Below, piece after piece: positions 43,211 through 56,660 of a stretch of 64,000 nt of DNA (positions within the stretch are counted from its first letter, which is position 1; every line of letters starts with the position of its first letter). The DNA is taken from assembly GCA_951406725.2 (NCBI GenBank), contig OX597838.1, forward strand, positions 7,130,001-7,194,000, given 5' to 3'. This DNA comes from Octopus vulgaris (lineage: Eukaryota). A program made the translations under genes and the position numbers. The notes below the pieces were generated by a model. It searched no databases and was not told where the DNA came from. It saw nothing but the letters and a program-made list of their open reading frames with translations.

Positions 43211-44321
43211 TGTTTCTTTATTAGCCACACAGGGCTGCACACAGATAGAACAAATTACAAGGTAGAGCTTTTCTTTTGAAGGTTTCAAAAAAAAAAAAAA
43301 AATAATAATAATAATAAAATAACAAATAAAATAAAATAAAAAGGGGGGTCGATCAAAAGGGATCGTAAAAGGAGAGAAAGAGGACAAAAAGGGGGGGGGT
43401 TAAAAAAAGGGGGAGAGGAAAAAAATTGATCAATAGGGATCGTTATCACAGAAATGTCAATATGAAGTGTAAAGGGGAGGACAGGTGAGGTTTACCCGTG
43501 GAAAGAAAAGCCTACGGAAAAGACCACGGTAACCTCGGTCAATGAAGTCACATGTTATATTTCTTTTTTTTTTTTTTTGCAAATAAGCAACTCTCTGTAT
43601 TAATTTTTACGGTTCATAGAATCATAGTCAAGGTGGCTTCGTAATTCATACGTGCCATCCTTGCTACATTCACCCATCTTTTTTAAAACATTCACTAGAC
43701 AAAACTTGCCTCTCTACTCTCACTTTTTCTTCAAGTGATACTTGAAGAAGTTGATGAGAGATTGACCAGAGAGGAAAGTATTTGTCTCTAATCCTTTCAG
43801 ACGCGTCCACCAGATACATTCTTTCGCCATAGCCACAAGTATGATAAAAATAGCTCTTCCTTCCCGTTTGAAGGAAGGAGGCGTGACGATATTAACGATA
43901 GACTCGGCTGATAAACCGACACGTCCCACACGTGACAGCAGTCGTTCGACATAAGCCCACAGGTCGGAAATTGCTGGACACTGCACGATTGCGTGCAGAG
44001 CGGTTTCGTCGCTCTGCCCGCATCTCGGGCAGGTCGGCCCCGTGTTTCTTGAGCCATGCCTATAGAGCTTATCCCGAACGGGTAGCGCTTCTCGGTAGCA
44101 CCGCCAGGCCAGGGATCTCTGGAAGTTGTCCATAGGTCCCGGGCCGAAAGTCGTTTGAAACAGGCGGGTCAGGTATTCCTCGTCGACGCCCAGGTTTGCC
44201 CCGAGCTCGTCGTCGTACCTCCCCTCCACTAATCCCCTATAGAATGCTTTGGTTGTGTTGAAGTCACTCAAGGTCGACCCGGGACGGCAGAGTTGCTTGA
44301 GAGCAACGCGACACTCGCGGT
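43211..44321 (-). mobile_element. Tx1-clade (L1 group) LINE, 1.1-kb 3' fragment inserted in (GATA)n
   Basis: ORF2 C-terminus with zf-RVT motif WRCYREALPV...CPRCGQSDETALHAIVQC...IWWTR. The 3' UTR ends AATAAAGAAACA directly followed by (TATC)n, and the 5' truncation point abuts (GATA)n at 44322. Confidence 0.88.
43614..44321 (-). pseudogene. ORF2 C-terminal remnant of the Tx1 LINE (zinc knuckle)
   Basis: Open frame 44321-43720. Adding one A in each of two A-runs restores KKKVRVERQVLSSECFKKRWVNVARMARMNYEATLTMIL-stop at 43614. Confidence 0.8.
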
Positions 44322-44391
<70 letters not shown>

Positions 44392-45499
44392 GATATAGCT
44401 ATATATATATACACACACAACGATAGACAAATAGATAGATAGATAGATATAATGTCATACACGTTATATACATATTAATAATTAGTTTCTTGCCATTAAG
44501 ACACGTGCTTAATGGCAGGTTTTTATAACCTGCGAAGCAATCCCTAAGCTCTGAGCACATGGTTTTTTTTATCGATTTTCAAAAGGAAGAAACAATGGCC
44601 CCAGACATTGGTGGTTGTTTTGAGATAAGACAAGCGTCCCCTAGTATATCTTCACGCACACCAGTTGCTCTTGAGTGTATTTAGTGGATGGATACCGAAA
44701 GACGCTCGCCGTATATGTGTGTGTGAGAGAGTATGTGTGTGTTTGTGAGTCTGTATATGTGCGTATGCGTGTATTTGTGTGATTGTGTGTGGACTGAATG
44801 ACTTAAAAAATAAAATAACAGTTTGAAGGTTTAATTTTAAGGCGTATTAAACCGAACGTTTCTAGAAAATAATTGAAATATTTCTTCACTTGAACAGGTC
44901 AGGATAATGACACAGGCAAATCCCACCGACTGACATCGTAAATACTACTGTCAGTTAAAAATTATAAAAGTGCGGCTGTGACAACATCAGGCTCGAGGTA
45001 AACTATAAGAAATAATGAAGGATTCATAACATCAATTATGTTCAGGTGAATCTTTAATTGATTCTGCAAAGACGAAGAAAGTACTTATAATTGAAATACG
45101 TTGAAAGCAGGTAATTGGAATACGTATTAAGAGACATATAATGTACACATACATGTGTGTGGAAATGAAACGGGAATGAAAAAACCCCTGTGGCCATGCA
45201 GGTGTTCTGCAGTTATCTAAGGCTAAACGGAACCTATTGAACCCTACGTTGACAAGGTGCTGATGGAAACGCCAGCTGGTGTTATAATTGAGAAACGAAA
45301 ATGTGACGTGAAGTCTTTGCAATCATCATCATAATCGTCATCCGTTTGGTCGAATTGATCCTGCCCATTGGAAATATTCCATGCCGAATATACTTATCTA
45401 AAGATACGACATAAATGCCTGGTGTGTATTTTGGCCTTGCCGGGTTTTTTTATTAGCAGGGATATCTCATCTGCGCACGCCATCTTTTCAACTTATACA

Positions 45500-45918
45500 T
45501 AGCAGGAGTGGCTATGTGGTAAGTAGCTTGCTAACCAACCACATGGTTCCGGGTTCAGTCCCACTGCGTGGCATCTTGGGCAAGTGTCTTCTGCTATAGC
45601 CCCAGGCCGACCAATGCCTTGTGAGTGGATTTGGTAGACGGAAACTGAAAGAAGCCTGTCGTATATATGTATATATATATATATGTGTGTGTATATGTGT
45701 TTGTGTGTCTGTGTTTGTCCCCCTAGCATTGCTTGACAACCGATGCTGGTGTGTTTACGTCCCCGTCACTTAGCGGTTCGGCAAATGAGACCGATAGAAT
45801 AAGTACTGGGCTTACAAAGAATAAGTCCTGGGGTCGATTTGCTCGACTAAAGGTGGCGCTCCAGCATGGCCGCAGTCAATAGACTGAAACAAGTAAAAGA
45901 GTAAAGAGTAAAAGAGTA
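45500..45918 (+). mobile_element. SINE family A, full length
   Basis: Colinear with and close to 10768-11192. Confidence 0.92.
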
Positions 45919-46145
45919 ATTTCTTTACTACCCACCAGGGGCTAAACACAGAGAAGACAAACAAAGAGAGACAAACGGATTAAGTCGGTTATATATCGAC
46001 CCCAGTGCGTAACTGGTACTTATTTAATCGAACCCCGAAAGGATGAAAGGCAAAGTCGACCTTGGCGGAATTTGAACTCAGAACGTAGCGGCAGACGAAA
46101 TACCGCTAAGCATTTCGCCCGGCGTTGCTAACAATTCTGCCAGCT
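45919..46145 (-). mobile_element. SINE family B, tail-to-tail with the preceding A copy
   Basis: atttctttactacccaccaggggctaaacac...ttctgccagct. A 15-bp direct repeat flanks the A+B pair. Confidence 0.9.
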
Positions 46146-46399
46146 TTTCAACTTATACCAGTAATTCACACACTGAACCTTTTGATTCTTATATTTGATG
46201 CATTACTGTTGTGTTCGTCCGCTTGACGTCTGGTGATACTCGCCGTAGATTCGATATGGTTCTTTACACGAAACACTTCACAGCGACAATTATGTGAGAC
46301 GTGATTTCGACGTATCCGGACTCAGGTGTTTCCATGTTGGTTAATTTATAACTGGGAACCTGACAGGTGTGTTGTACCTTCAGGGGCGTAGATATTCTC

Positions 46400-46770
46400 C
46401 TATGTTTTAATTGTCTTTACTTTATAATTGACTGCAGCAAGACTGGATCACCGTCTTTAGTCGCACAACTCCACCCCAGGACTTATTCTAGTGCTTATTC
46501 TATCGCTCTCTTTTGCCGAACCGCTAGGCTACAAGGATATGAACGTCATCAGTTGTCTAGTGATGATGGGGGATGGGGACAAACACAGACACATAAATAT
46601 ATATATATATATATATACAACGGGCTTCTTTCAGTTTCCGTCTACCAAAGCCACTGACAAAGCTTTGGTCGGCCCGAGGCTGTACTAGAAGACACATGCC
46701 CAAGGTGACACGCAGTGGGAGTGAACCCGGGACCATTTGGTTAGGAAGCAAGATTCTTACCACACAGCGG
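46400..46770 (-). mobile_element. SINE family A, diverged copy
   Basis: ctttcagtttccgtctacc...cccaaggtgacacgcagtgggagtgaacccgg. Confidence 0.85.
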
Positions 46771-46941
46771 TCTTACCAATATATATATGTATATGTATAT
46801 ATATATTAGCATAGAAATAATTTTCTTTTGCCCTTCTTTATAAGTTGTTTATAATTTTAAACTGTAAAAGTATTTTAATATGCTGCCACTTTTTGATTAA
46901 ATTTTTTCTGTAAATAACTTCATCCTATATTAGTAGAATAA

Positions 46942-47038
<97 letters not shown>

Positions 47039-47209
47039 CGAAAGAGACAGACAAACAGACAAGCAGACATATAGTTAGATAGCTAGCTAACTAGCTAGAT
47101 AGATAGATATAGTTATTCATATATAAATAGACAGAATGTATGTATACGTTATATATATTATATTATATAAAACATGCATACAAATATGTGCTCAAATGTG
47201 CTTGTAAGG

Positions 47210-47259
<50 letters not shown>

Positions 47260-48199
47260 CATATATATATAGATCAAACATTAATATGCACATTGATTGA
47301 GACAAAATTCTTTTTCATTAAAAATCTTCTTTAGTAAGGAATCATGGAATGGTTTTTTAACGACCGAAAAGTGATTAAAGAGCTGTAAAACGAAAGAAAG
47401 AAAGAAAGAAATCACGAAAATGGCAGAATGGAAACAAAGAATCGCCACGTAGACATTTTATTATAATCCCGTAAAACTTGCTATAATGAATTAGCAATGG
47501 CGATGCTAAATGCAAGCCGCAGGGAATTTTCAGATGGAAGCAACATTATGAATAATTAACAAGGTGGAATCCTGAGGAGTTTTGGAATCTAAAAGAATTT
47601 CTAAAGTTCCTGGGAAGTTTCGAGACACTTATTTCTGAAACAATGCGGAGATTATTGATGATCAGAAGCTAATACCGAAGCAAGCTGGCCTTCTAATTAA
47701 TTAGTATTCTAATGAAGTTTCTGTTCTGTGGAATTTCCTTCTAAGTAGGTTTTAGCTATGAACTCTCAGCAAGACGTTATGATTATATATTAATATATGT
47801 GTGTGTGTGCGTGTGTGTGTTGAGTGTGAGTGTGTATGAATGTGTGTGTATACATTCACGAGTTGCATGTATGTGTGTGCTTGTGCATGTAAATGAACCA
47901 ATAAATGAAGTCATACATGAATGAAGACATGAAGACTCATATATATATATATGTTTATATATATATATATACATTTATATATACATATATATATATATGT
48001 ATGTATGTATATATATACATATATACATAACTCTCTCTATCTATCTATTTATCTCTTTATCTTTTTCTTACTTTCTCTCTCTCTATATGTGTATAAATAT
48101 TATTAGAAAGAAATCAAGAGAGAGAATTGAGAGAGAGAGATGTGCGAATGATATAGATAAATAAATCGACTGATATTGATTGATAGATAGGTAGGTAGG

Positions 48200-48286
<87 letters not shown>

Positions 48287-48529
48287 GTAGACTGTGAGAC
48301 AGACAGTAGACAGACAGAAAGGTACATACTGTGCGTATGAAGGAGTGTGTACGAATGTCCATACGTTTATGTATGTCCTTATGCGAGTGTGCACGTGTAT
48401 GAATTTCGTAAGTCTAACGGGTTAATCGTTTTTCCAGTCCTGCGACTACGATGAAAAAGTGTGTGTGAAACTGTGGATACTCCGTCACTCCAAAGATTTG
48501 CATATGACTGAAATCACGCAACAAATTTT

Positions 48530-49030
48530 CCAGCAGAAGTGGATGTGTTGCCAGAAACTTCCTTCCAAACCACATACTTACGGGTTCAATTTTACTGCGT
48601 TGCTTGTTGGATAAATGTCTTGTACCATAAATCTCTTCTAGCTGGGGCTGAGGATAAATGAGGATAAATGTCTTCTACCTGTGGCTCATCAAATGTCTTC
48701 TACCTAAGGCCGATAAAAGTCTTGTAATCTGATTTGCTAGACAGAAACAGAAAGCAGACCGCCATATATATGTGCGTGTGCATGTATGTGTGTGTGTGTG
48801 TGTATCTATGTGTTTGTGTCTTTATGTCTATGATTGTCACCCATCACCGTTTCACAACCGTTGTGGGTGAGTTTACGTCCCCGGAACTTAGCAATTTAGC
48901 AGAAGAGACAGATTGAATAAGTACAAGGCTTCAGAAATGAATGCTGGGCTAGATTTGATTGACTAAAATCTTTTGGAGGCTGTGCTCCAGCATGGTCGTT
49001 ATCAATTGAGAGGAAACAAGCAAAATAATA
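48530..49030 (+). mobile_element. SINE family A, old copy with internal micro-duplications
   Basis: Head gcagaagtggatgtg, repeated ggataaatg(tcttctacct), tail tgctccagcatggtcg. Confidence 0.65.
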
Positions 49031-49209
49031 AAAATTCCGTCAGAAAAGAAACATAACTGAGGCCACTCAAACCTTGGTGTGAAATCCTAACTACAAGTTT
49101 TCCCCTTCGATATAATATTCGTCAAGTCTAATACAATTTTCCATCCATCTCCAACACCCCTCCATGCATTCATGGAAGGGTTCTCCTTGAATTCTCTGTA
49201 GCTAGTGCT

Positions 49210-49550
49210 CGGCTGGTACCCTTTTTTTTTTACTGACCCCACAAGAACAAAAGGCAAAATCGATCACCACGGAATTTCATCTCAGAGCTTCAACACCATA
49301 AAATGCCTCTGAGCATTTGGCCGATGTGCTCAATATTGACTTAAAATTTTGAGACAAGGCCAGTAATTTTGGTCGAAGGACTAAATCGATGATATCGACC
49401 ACACTGTTCACTGTTCAACTGGTACTTCATCAATAAATCCTGAAATGAGCGGAAGCTAAAGCTGACCTCGGCACCATTTGAACTCAGAACGTATAAAAAT
49501 GAATTCTTAGTGTTTTGCTCGACGTGCCGACTGTTCTGCTATCTCGCCGC
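49210..49550 (-). mobile_element. Two degenerate SINE family B copies
   Basis: ggaatttcatctcagag and gacctcggcaccatttgaactcagaacg cores. Confidence 0.65.
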
Positions 49551-50062
49551 ATTAAACCGAGGCGAAATACTAACACTAGATTTCAGGAATTTAATTCTCC
49601 GCTGCAATTATATCTGTAGAGTTGAAAACTTGGCAATATTATAATAGTGCATGCGAATTCGATGGGAAAAATTCAGAGATAAACATGTAAAGCTAACGGA
49701 AACATTGAAGATAGGCGAGACAATTAAAACAAGTACATGATTCTACTTGCTGAAAAGTCAGGCAGATATCGGCGCATACACGTAACCACAGACATATACA
49801 TACACATGCACACATAGACACAAACGCACACACACGTATACACAAACAAATATGCAAATCGTTTACATGTATAAGTGAGCACGGGTGCGCTTGAACGTGT
49901 ACGTAAATGTATAAACATGAAGATAACTGAATTGATCTAAGTCCCTTCCATTTTATCTTATAGGTCTTCTTTTTCTCTCTCTCAATCTCTCTCCACACTC
50001 GCGCAAACACAAGCACATACACACACACCCATACATACATACATGCATACACACACACATAC

Positions 50063-50093
<31 letters not shown>

Positions 50094-50158
50094 CATATAT
50101 ATATACATATGTATATATATACATATATATATATACATACATACATATATATATATAC

Positions 50159-50218
<60 letters not shown>

Positions 50219-50252
50219 ACATACATATATATATATATATGCATATATATAA

Positions 50253-50344
<92 letters not shown>

Positions 50345-50685
50345 ACATACATGTGCACATGCACATATTACGAAATAATAGCTGAAAGGTAGAACCAAAA
50401 CGCCGATAATGAAGAGAAGGGCATGTAGATTAAGAGGAGGGAGAGAGATAGAGAGAGGTGTATACACGAAGTATAAAAACAGAGAAGAAGGAGAAAGAGA
50501 AAGAGGAGAAAGAGGTACAAAGAGTGGCAAGGAGACAGAGTGAGGGAGAGTGAGTGAATCCTCCAAAGATAATGCTGACACAAATGGAAGCATAAAGAGA
50601 AACGTACTAATGTATTCACCCATATGACTAGTCATACGCACATACACACAAAGACACACACATACATATAAATAAGCACATAAAT

Positions 50686-50736
<51 letters not shown>

Positions 50737-50804
50737 TACATACATACATACATACATACATACATACATACATACATACATACATAATAGATTCATATAT
50801 ATAC

Positions 50805-50837
<33 letters not shown>

Positions 50838-50910
50838 AATATATACATATATAAATAAATATATACATATACATTTATATATAGATACATATATATATAC
50901 ATACACATAC

Positions 50911-50941
<31 letters not shown>

Positions 50942-51204
50942 CATATATATATGCATTTACATATACATATATATATATACATATATATATACATATATAT
51001 ATACACATATATATACAGACATATATACATACAGATATACATACATGTATTTATAAATAAAGACTATCAAAGCCTTATTGATAAAATGCGTACATATACG
51101 CATTAATCACACGCGCCAAGCAGACACAAAGACGCACATTGACTGTAGATACGAGAAGATTATACACATAAGTATATACACACATACACACATACAGTTG
51201 CATA

Positions 51205-51235
<31 letters not shown>

Positions 51236-51500
51236 CATACGTATATCGTCAATGATCATATGAACAGTCCAAAGCTAATCACAGTTTAATATTCAGCCGT
51301 CCTTAATTAAATAGACAATCAAGGGTAATAATCGATAGTCTCATACAAACACAGACCTGTTTATCTAATTGATTCCACCAATATTTCACTAATTAACGCC
51401 AGGAAATCTTATCATTGCTTACTCTTTAATAGTAAACGTTATAACGATGCTTTGTATACTTGGATAATGTGCCTATGCACACATCTATACATATATATAC

Positions 51501-51532
<32 letters not shown>

Positions 51533-51626
51533 CTACATATATATTTCGTTTTGGGATTTATATATATATATATATATATGCATATATACATATTTGCGTG
51601 TTTGTATATATATATATATATGTATA

Positions 51627-51657
<31 letters not shown>

Positions 51658-52594
51658 GTATTTGTATGTATGTATGCATATATGTATGGTTATATATATG
51701 GGTTTAATGGCGACGCAAGAGAAATTAAGTTGCTGGCCATAAAATCAAACCAATGTGATTATGTATTCTATTAGACTGCATTAGTAGATTTTACTAACGC
51801 GCAACCACCATGAGGACAAAACCGCTACCACCACAATTACACCCATCACTACTACTACCTCTACTACTCTCACTATCACCACCACTACTATTACTATTAC
51901 CATTACTACTGCGGCTAACGTTGCTTCGTCTAGGAATGCTATAACTTGACTTATTAATTATTGCAGATCGTACGTATTATAACAGTCGTTGTCTTCTTAT
52001 AGAGGTGTGAGGCCGTATATATTTCGAAGAAGAGTTAAGCTAATTAAAACCCACCGCACATAGATACTGGTAGTATTTTAATTGTTATAAACTTCGAAAG
52101 AACACGAACAACAATGCGCAGCCAAAGGATACAGGGTTAGTATAAAAACAGGACCAAAGAAGATTTAACATCTTGTTACCGTCAACCAAATCATACTTTC
52201 TCTGCCTTGCAATTTCGGCAATAGCCCCGGGCAATTTAGGACTATAGTCCCGGGCCGGCCAAAGCCTTGTCCGTTGATTTCATCGACAGAAAATGTTAAA
52301 AGCATGTCGTAAACATATATACGCACATACATAAAGAGACACACTCACACACAGACATATAAGTGTTATGTATGTATATATATATATATATAAAGGAATT
52401 CTGTTAACATCTTCGTTCGACTCTATTCTTTCATTTATTAATATACAACACACAAATTTCTGCAAATGAACCCGGGATTTCTACCCTTGGACACGTCGCT
52501 TCAACGTGTTTCTGACGCGAATTTGCTACCCTGGTATCGGTTCAACGAATTTTCCATGCTGACGATAAACATAGGATAATTCATTCGCCTATTG

Positions 52595-52645
<51 letters not shown>

Positions 52646-52794
52646 CATCTATAAATTCAAGTGACGATAAATGCAAAAAAACAAACAAAATTTGCTTTTA
52701 GAACCCCTGAGATATATTGAGATGCAGATAAGGAAATAATTTATTCTCAAACTCAATGCAACATAAAATATCCATACCTTACGGAAAAAAATTG

Positions 52795-52865
52795 TCGGCT
52801 GCCAGCCATGAGACTCGAACTCACATCCCTGGGAATACCGGTCAGGTATTTTAACGTTAAGCAAA
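52795..52865 (-). mobile_element. tRNA-derived head of a SINE-like element
   Basis: Minus strand gcttaacgttaaaatacctgaccggtattcccagggatgtgagttcgagtctc, with B-box GAGTTCGAGTC. No acceptor stem. Confidence 0.4.
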
Positions 52866-53061
52866 ACTACCCATTGACAAATTTACCGAAGGGGATCTCT
52901 CTAGGCCTTATGCCAATAGCGTACTGACTTACTTCTATCAATGATACCGGCAATCTAATGTTTACACATTCTCCCCAACATATCTCCATCTTCCTTTCAG
53001 TTATTTTTCTAAACATGGAATGATTCACGTGTATATATGCATACACATAAATATATTTATC

Positions 53062-53147
53062 TTTCCCTGATGAGAAGATTGCATTGTTACACCATTTTAT
53101 TCATTCTGGAATAATACCAATGTTGTCTTCGAAACATATGTGGGAAG
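53062..53147 (+). ncRNA. Type I hammerhead ribozyme with long stem II
   Basis: Stem I tttcc/ggaag, CTGATGA at 53067-53073, stem II gaagat..cattg/caatg..gtcttc, GAAA at 53131-53134, palindromic stem III acatatgt. The triplet GUG is non-cleavable as written. Confidence 0.7.
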
Positions 53148-53216
53148 TAAAATAATTTGAGTAACACCTGTGTTTAAATACATTTATTTTTATATATGTG
53201 TGTGTCTGTGTGTGTA

Positions 53217-53254
<38 letters not shown>

Positions 53255-53594
53255 TGTGTATAGAAATACATGCATACATATACACACAACCAAATCATTG
53301 TTGAAGGAACGGGCGAGAGTTCGATAGATGTACGTATAGTTATTGGATCATCTGCAGAAACAAGTTTTATAAAGTCTTGCGTATATTTCCAATTAAAATA
53401 CTCACCGATTATCCATATGCACTCACTCCGTAGTAAGACCTGCTACACTTTCGCATAAATATATAAGCAAAATTGCATAATGCTATATGTTTTGCGTAAG
53501 ATTGCGTTTGAAAAATGCATCGATATTTCATACATACCCATCTATAAATTTATGTACTTACATACACGTATGCGCACACACGAATACAGATACG

Positions 53595-53647
<53 letters not shown>

Positions 53648-53743
53648 ATGTGTGTGTGCGTGTGATTGTGTGTGTGTGTATGTATATAATACATATACAT
53701 ATATATAGATGCATGTATATTTATATATAGATATATGTTTGTT

Positions 53744-53777
<34 letters not shown>

Positions 53778-53947
53778 AGTAAATAAATGTATGTATAGGT
53801 GTATATATGGGTATGTATATGTATGTATGTGTATGTATAAATATATATATATATATATATTGGTGTGTGTATATATATATATATAGACATATATATATAT
53901 ATATATATATATTGTTATATTTCGGAATGGTCATATTGCCAGTTTAG

Positions 53948-53984
<37 letters not shown>

Positions 53985-54539
53985 GTGTATTTGTGTGTGT
54001 TTATGTCTCTGTGTGTGTGTGTATGTGTGTAGTTATGTATGTAGATACCATACACACAATACAAATGTACATCCGTAGAAAAATAGAATATATCGTTCAT
54101 GCGAATCGCTCTAAGATTACAGGAAATTATATCCTTATGAAGAAATCATAGCAATGAAGAAAGATTAAAAACGGCAAACCCACATGGAGGCAAACGCGGA
54201 TAAGGGGGAGCGAAAATAGTAGGTTAGTAGTGGAAGGAGAAGTAGAGGACGAGCATGATGATGAGGAGATGGGGGAGGAGATGAAAAAAAGGGAATTCAC
54301 AGGTATTGCTTCACATGTATCAGATTTAGAGATAATAAGGAATTATGCTTGAAGAAAATGGAGCAAAAAAATTGCAAGGACGCCATGATGGAATTGCAGA
54401 AGTTAAGGCAATTGTAAGAAACAGTTGGATAAATGAATATATAAAATCAAATATGGTGAAGATTATATGTAATTGGGATATAAATATTGAATGTAGAATA
54501 GAGTAATAACGTTGCTAAAGAAAAAAACAACAACGTTAG

Positions 54540-54993
<454 letters not shown>

Positions 54994-55004
54994 ATTGGAT
55001 AAAT

Positions 55005-55380
55005 TGATGGAGAAATATATGACAGAAAAATTTAAGGTGGAGTACTGAAGGTGGAGTACTGAGAGTGATCCTTAAATCGAAATTAAACGGACGGAATAAG
55101 ACTGAAGCTATCAACACCTGGCCGGTTTCACTACTTAGATATGGAGCAGGGGTAATCGCATGGAGAGTAGACGAACTAAACAGCTCAAACAGAAGGATGA
55201 GGAAGTTTCTAACTAGATATGGGTCACTCAACACAAGATGTGACACAGACAAACTGTATTACCAAGTAAAAGAGGGGTAAGTGGATTTATCGGATGTGAA
55301 CACAGCATTAGAGCAGAGAAAACAACAGAGCATGGTATGTAAACAGATGCCACAGAACCAGTATTATTAGAAGGATTGTG
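55005..55380 (+). mobile_element. RLE-type non-LTR retrotransposon fragment (R4/Dong-like), post-RT region
   Basis: ILKSKLNGRNKTEAINTWPVSLLRYGAGVIAW...RKFLT...DTDKLYY..KEG matches the typical LNxxNKxxAINxWAxPxxxY...RLYxxRxxGG pattern. Confidence 0.75.
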
Positions 55381-55632
55381 TAGGATTGCTGAGTAGGATG
55401 AGATTCTCGATCTGAAGAAAATTCTAAATAGGCCCTACCTGCAAGGTCATGCGCTGTATATCTTGATATGAGATCACTATGTCGCCCGCATATGGTTGTG
55501 ATCCAAGTGTCTAGTGTACCCGCATCAAACGGGTAGTTATGATGGGTATACTGGGCTTCGAATGTTTTACACCAGTGTTACTTTGATGCCATGCACTGCT
55601 CTCTCATTCAACAATAATAATAATAATAATAA

Positions 55633-55715
<83 letters not shown>

Positions 55716-55849
55716 ATAATAATATAGGCACAAGGCCTGGAAATATCGACCTGGAGAAGAATATCATCTCATATCCTGAAAGAATCCCAAGAAATAATCG
55801 TCAGGTTTGAAGAATCTTGTTCCCACAACACTTCAAGATATAATTCTTC

Positions 55850-56215
55850 TAATTATATTTGCGTGGGCGTTGTGCAGGAAGTATGATCTAGAATATCCCG
55901 CAATGTTGTACGAGCACCAAAGAGATGCCACTAGCAGAGAATGGTTTGGTGAAATTGGCATAGCATAAGACAATCTACACAGAAAAAGAAGCTTCCACGT
56001 AACCGACCAGGTACCAGATATGAATCTTCAGCTGACGAATGAACCGCCTTCAACGACGGAGCTATTTTTGTAAACCAGAAAATTGTGGAAGGAGAAAAAG
56101 GAGAAACCCGGAAAGTACCATGGAGCTTCAAGTATAAGTATGATTCCTATAGTGATCGATGCATATAGGACCATCTCCGAGAAAGCAATATCCTGGCATA
56201 GAAAGCTGCAAGAAC
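55850..56215 (+). mobile_element. RLE-type non-LTR retrotransposon fragment (R4/Dong-like), endonuclease region, heavily decayed
   Basis: WALCRKYDLEYPAMLYEHQ and SMIPIVIDAYRTISEKAISW resemble the WxLCxKY...WYEH and IPIVIGALG motifs. Confidence 0.55.
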
Positions 56216-56220
56216 TAAAC

Positions 56221-56660
56221 TTCATCATCATCATCATTGTTCGACCGTGGTCGAGACAATGGAATTTACTATGCTACGCCAGACTTTATGGTCCATCATA
56301 ACATTACGGAGGTCCTGTTGCTTGATGCCTATATCCCTGGAGATTACATCAGGGTAGGAGAGTGCGCGCCCACTGGTATCGCGAGCTGATGGCTTCCAGA
56401 AGAGAAGAGTAGAAATTACCTCGTTTTCAGCTCTACAGCAATGTCCAGCAAATTGGACTCTCCTACCTTTCACAACAGATGATACAGGTGTTAATTTCTC
56501 ATATATTTGTACTTTGGTTGGATGACGCTTCCACGAGAGATTTTGAGCTCTCATAAGGAGGCGAGTGTAAGTTCCATCCAACCGCCTCTCAAGCTTCTTT
56601 GATAACGTCCAAGTTTCTGAGCCATATAGTAGAATTGGTGCGACTGTGGCTTTGAAGCTT
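56221..56660 (-). mobile_element. RTE-clade LINE 3' end with (TGA)n tail
   Basis: FKATVAPILLYGSETWTL...RRVQFAGHCCR...WKPS..GR...VWR, stop at 56234, followed by (tga)n. Confidence 0.88.
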
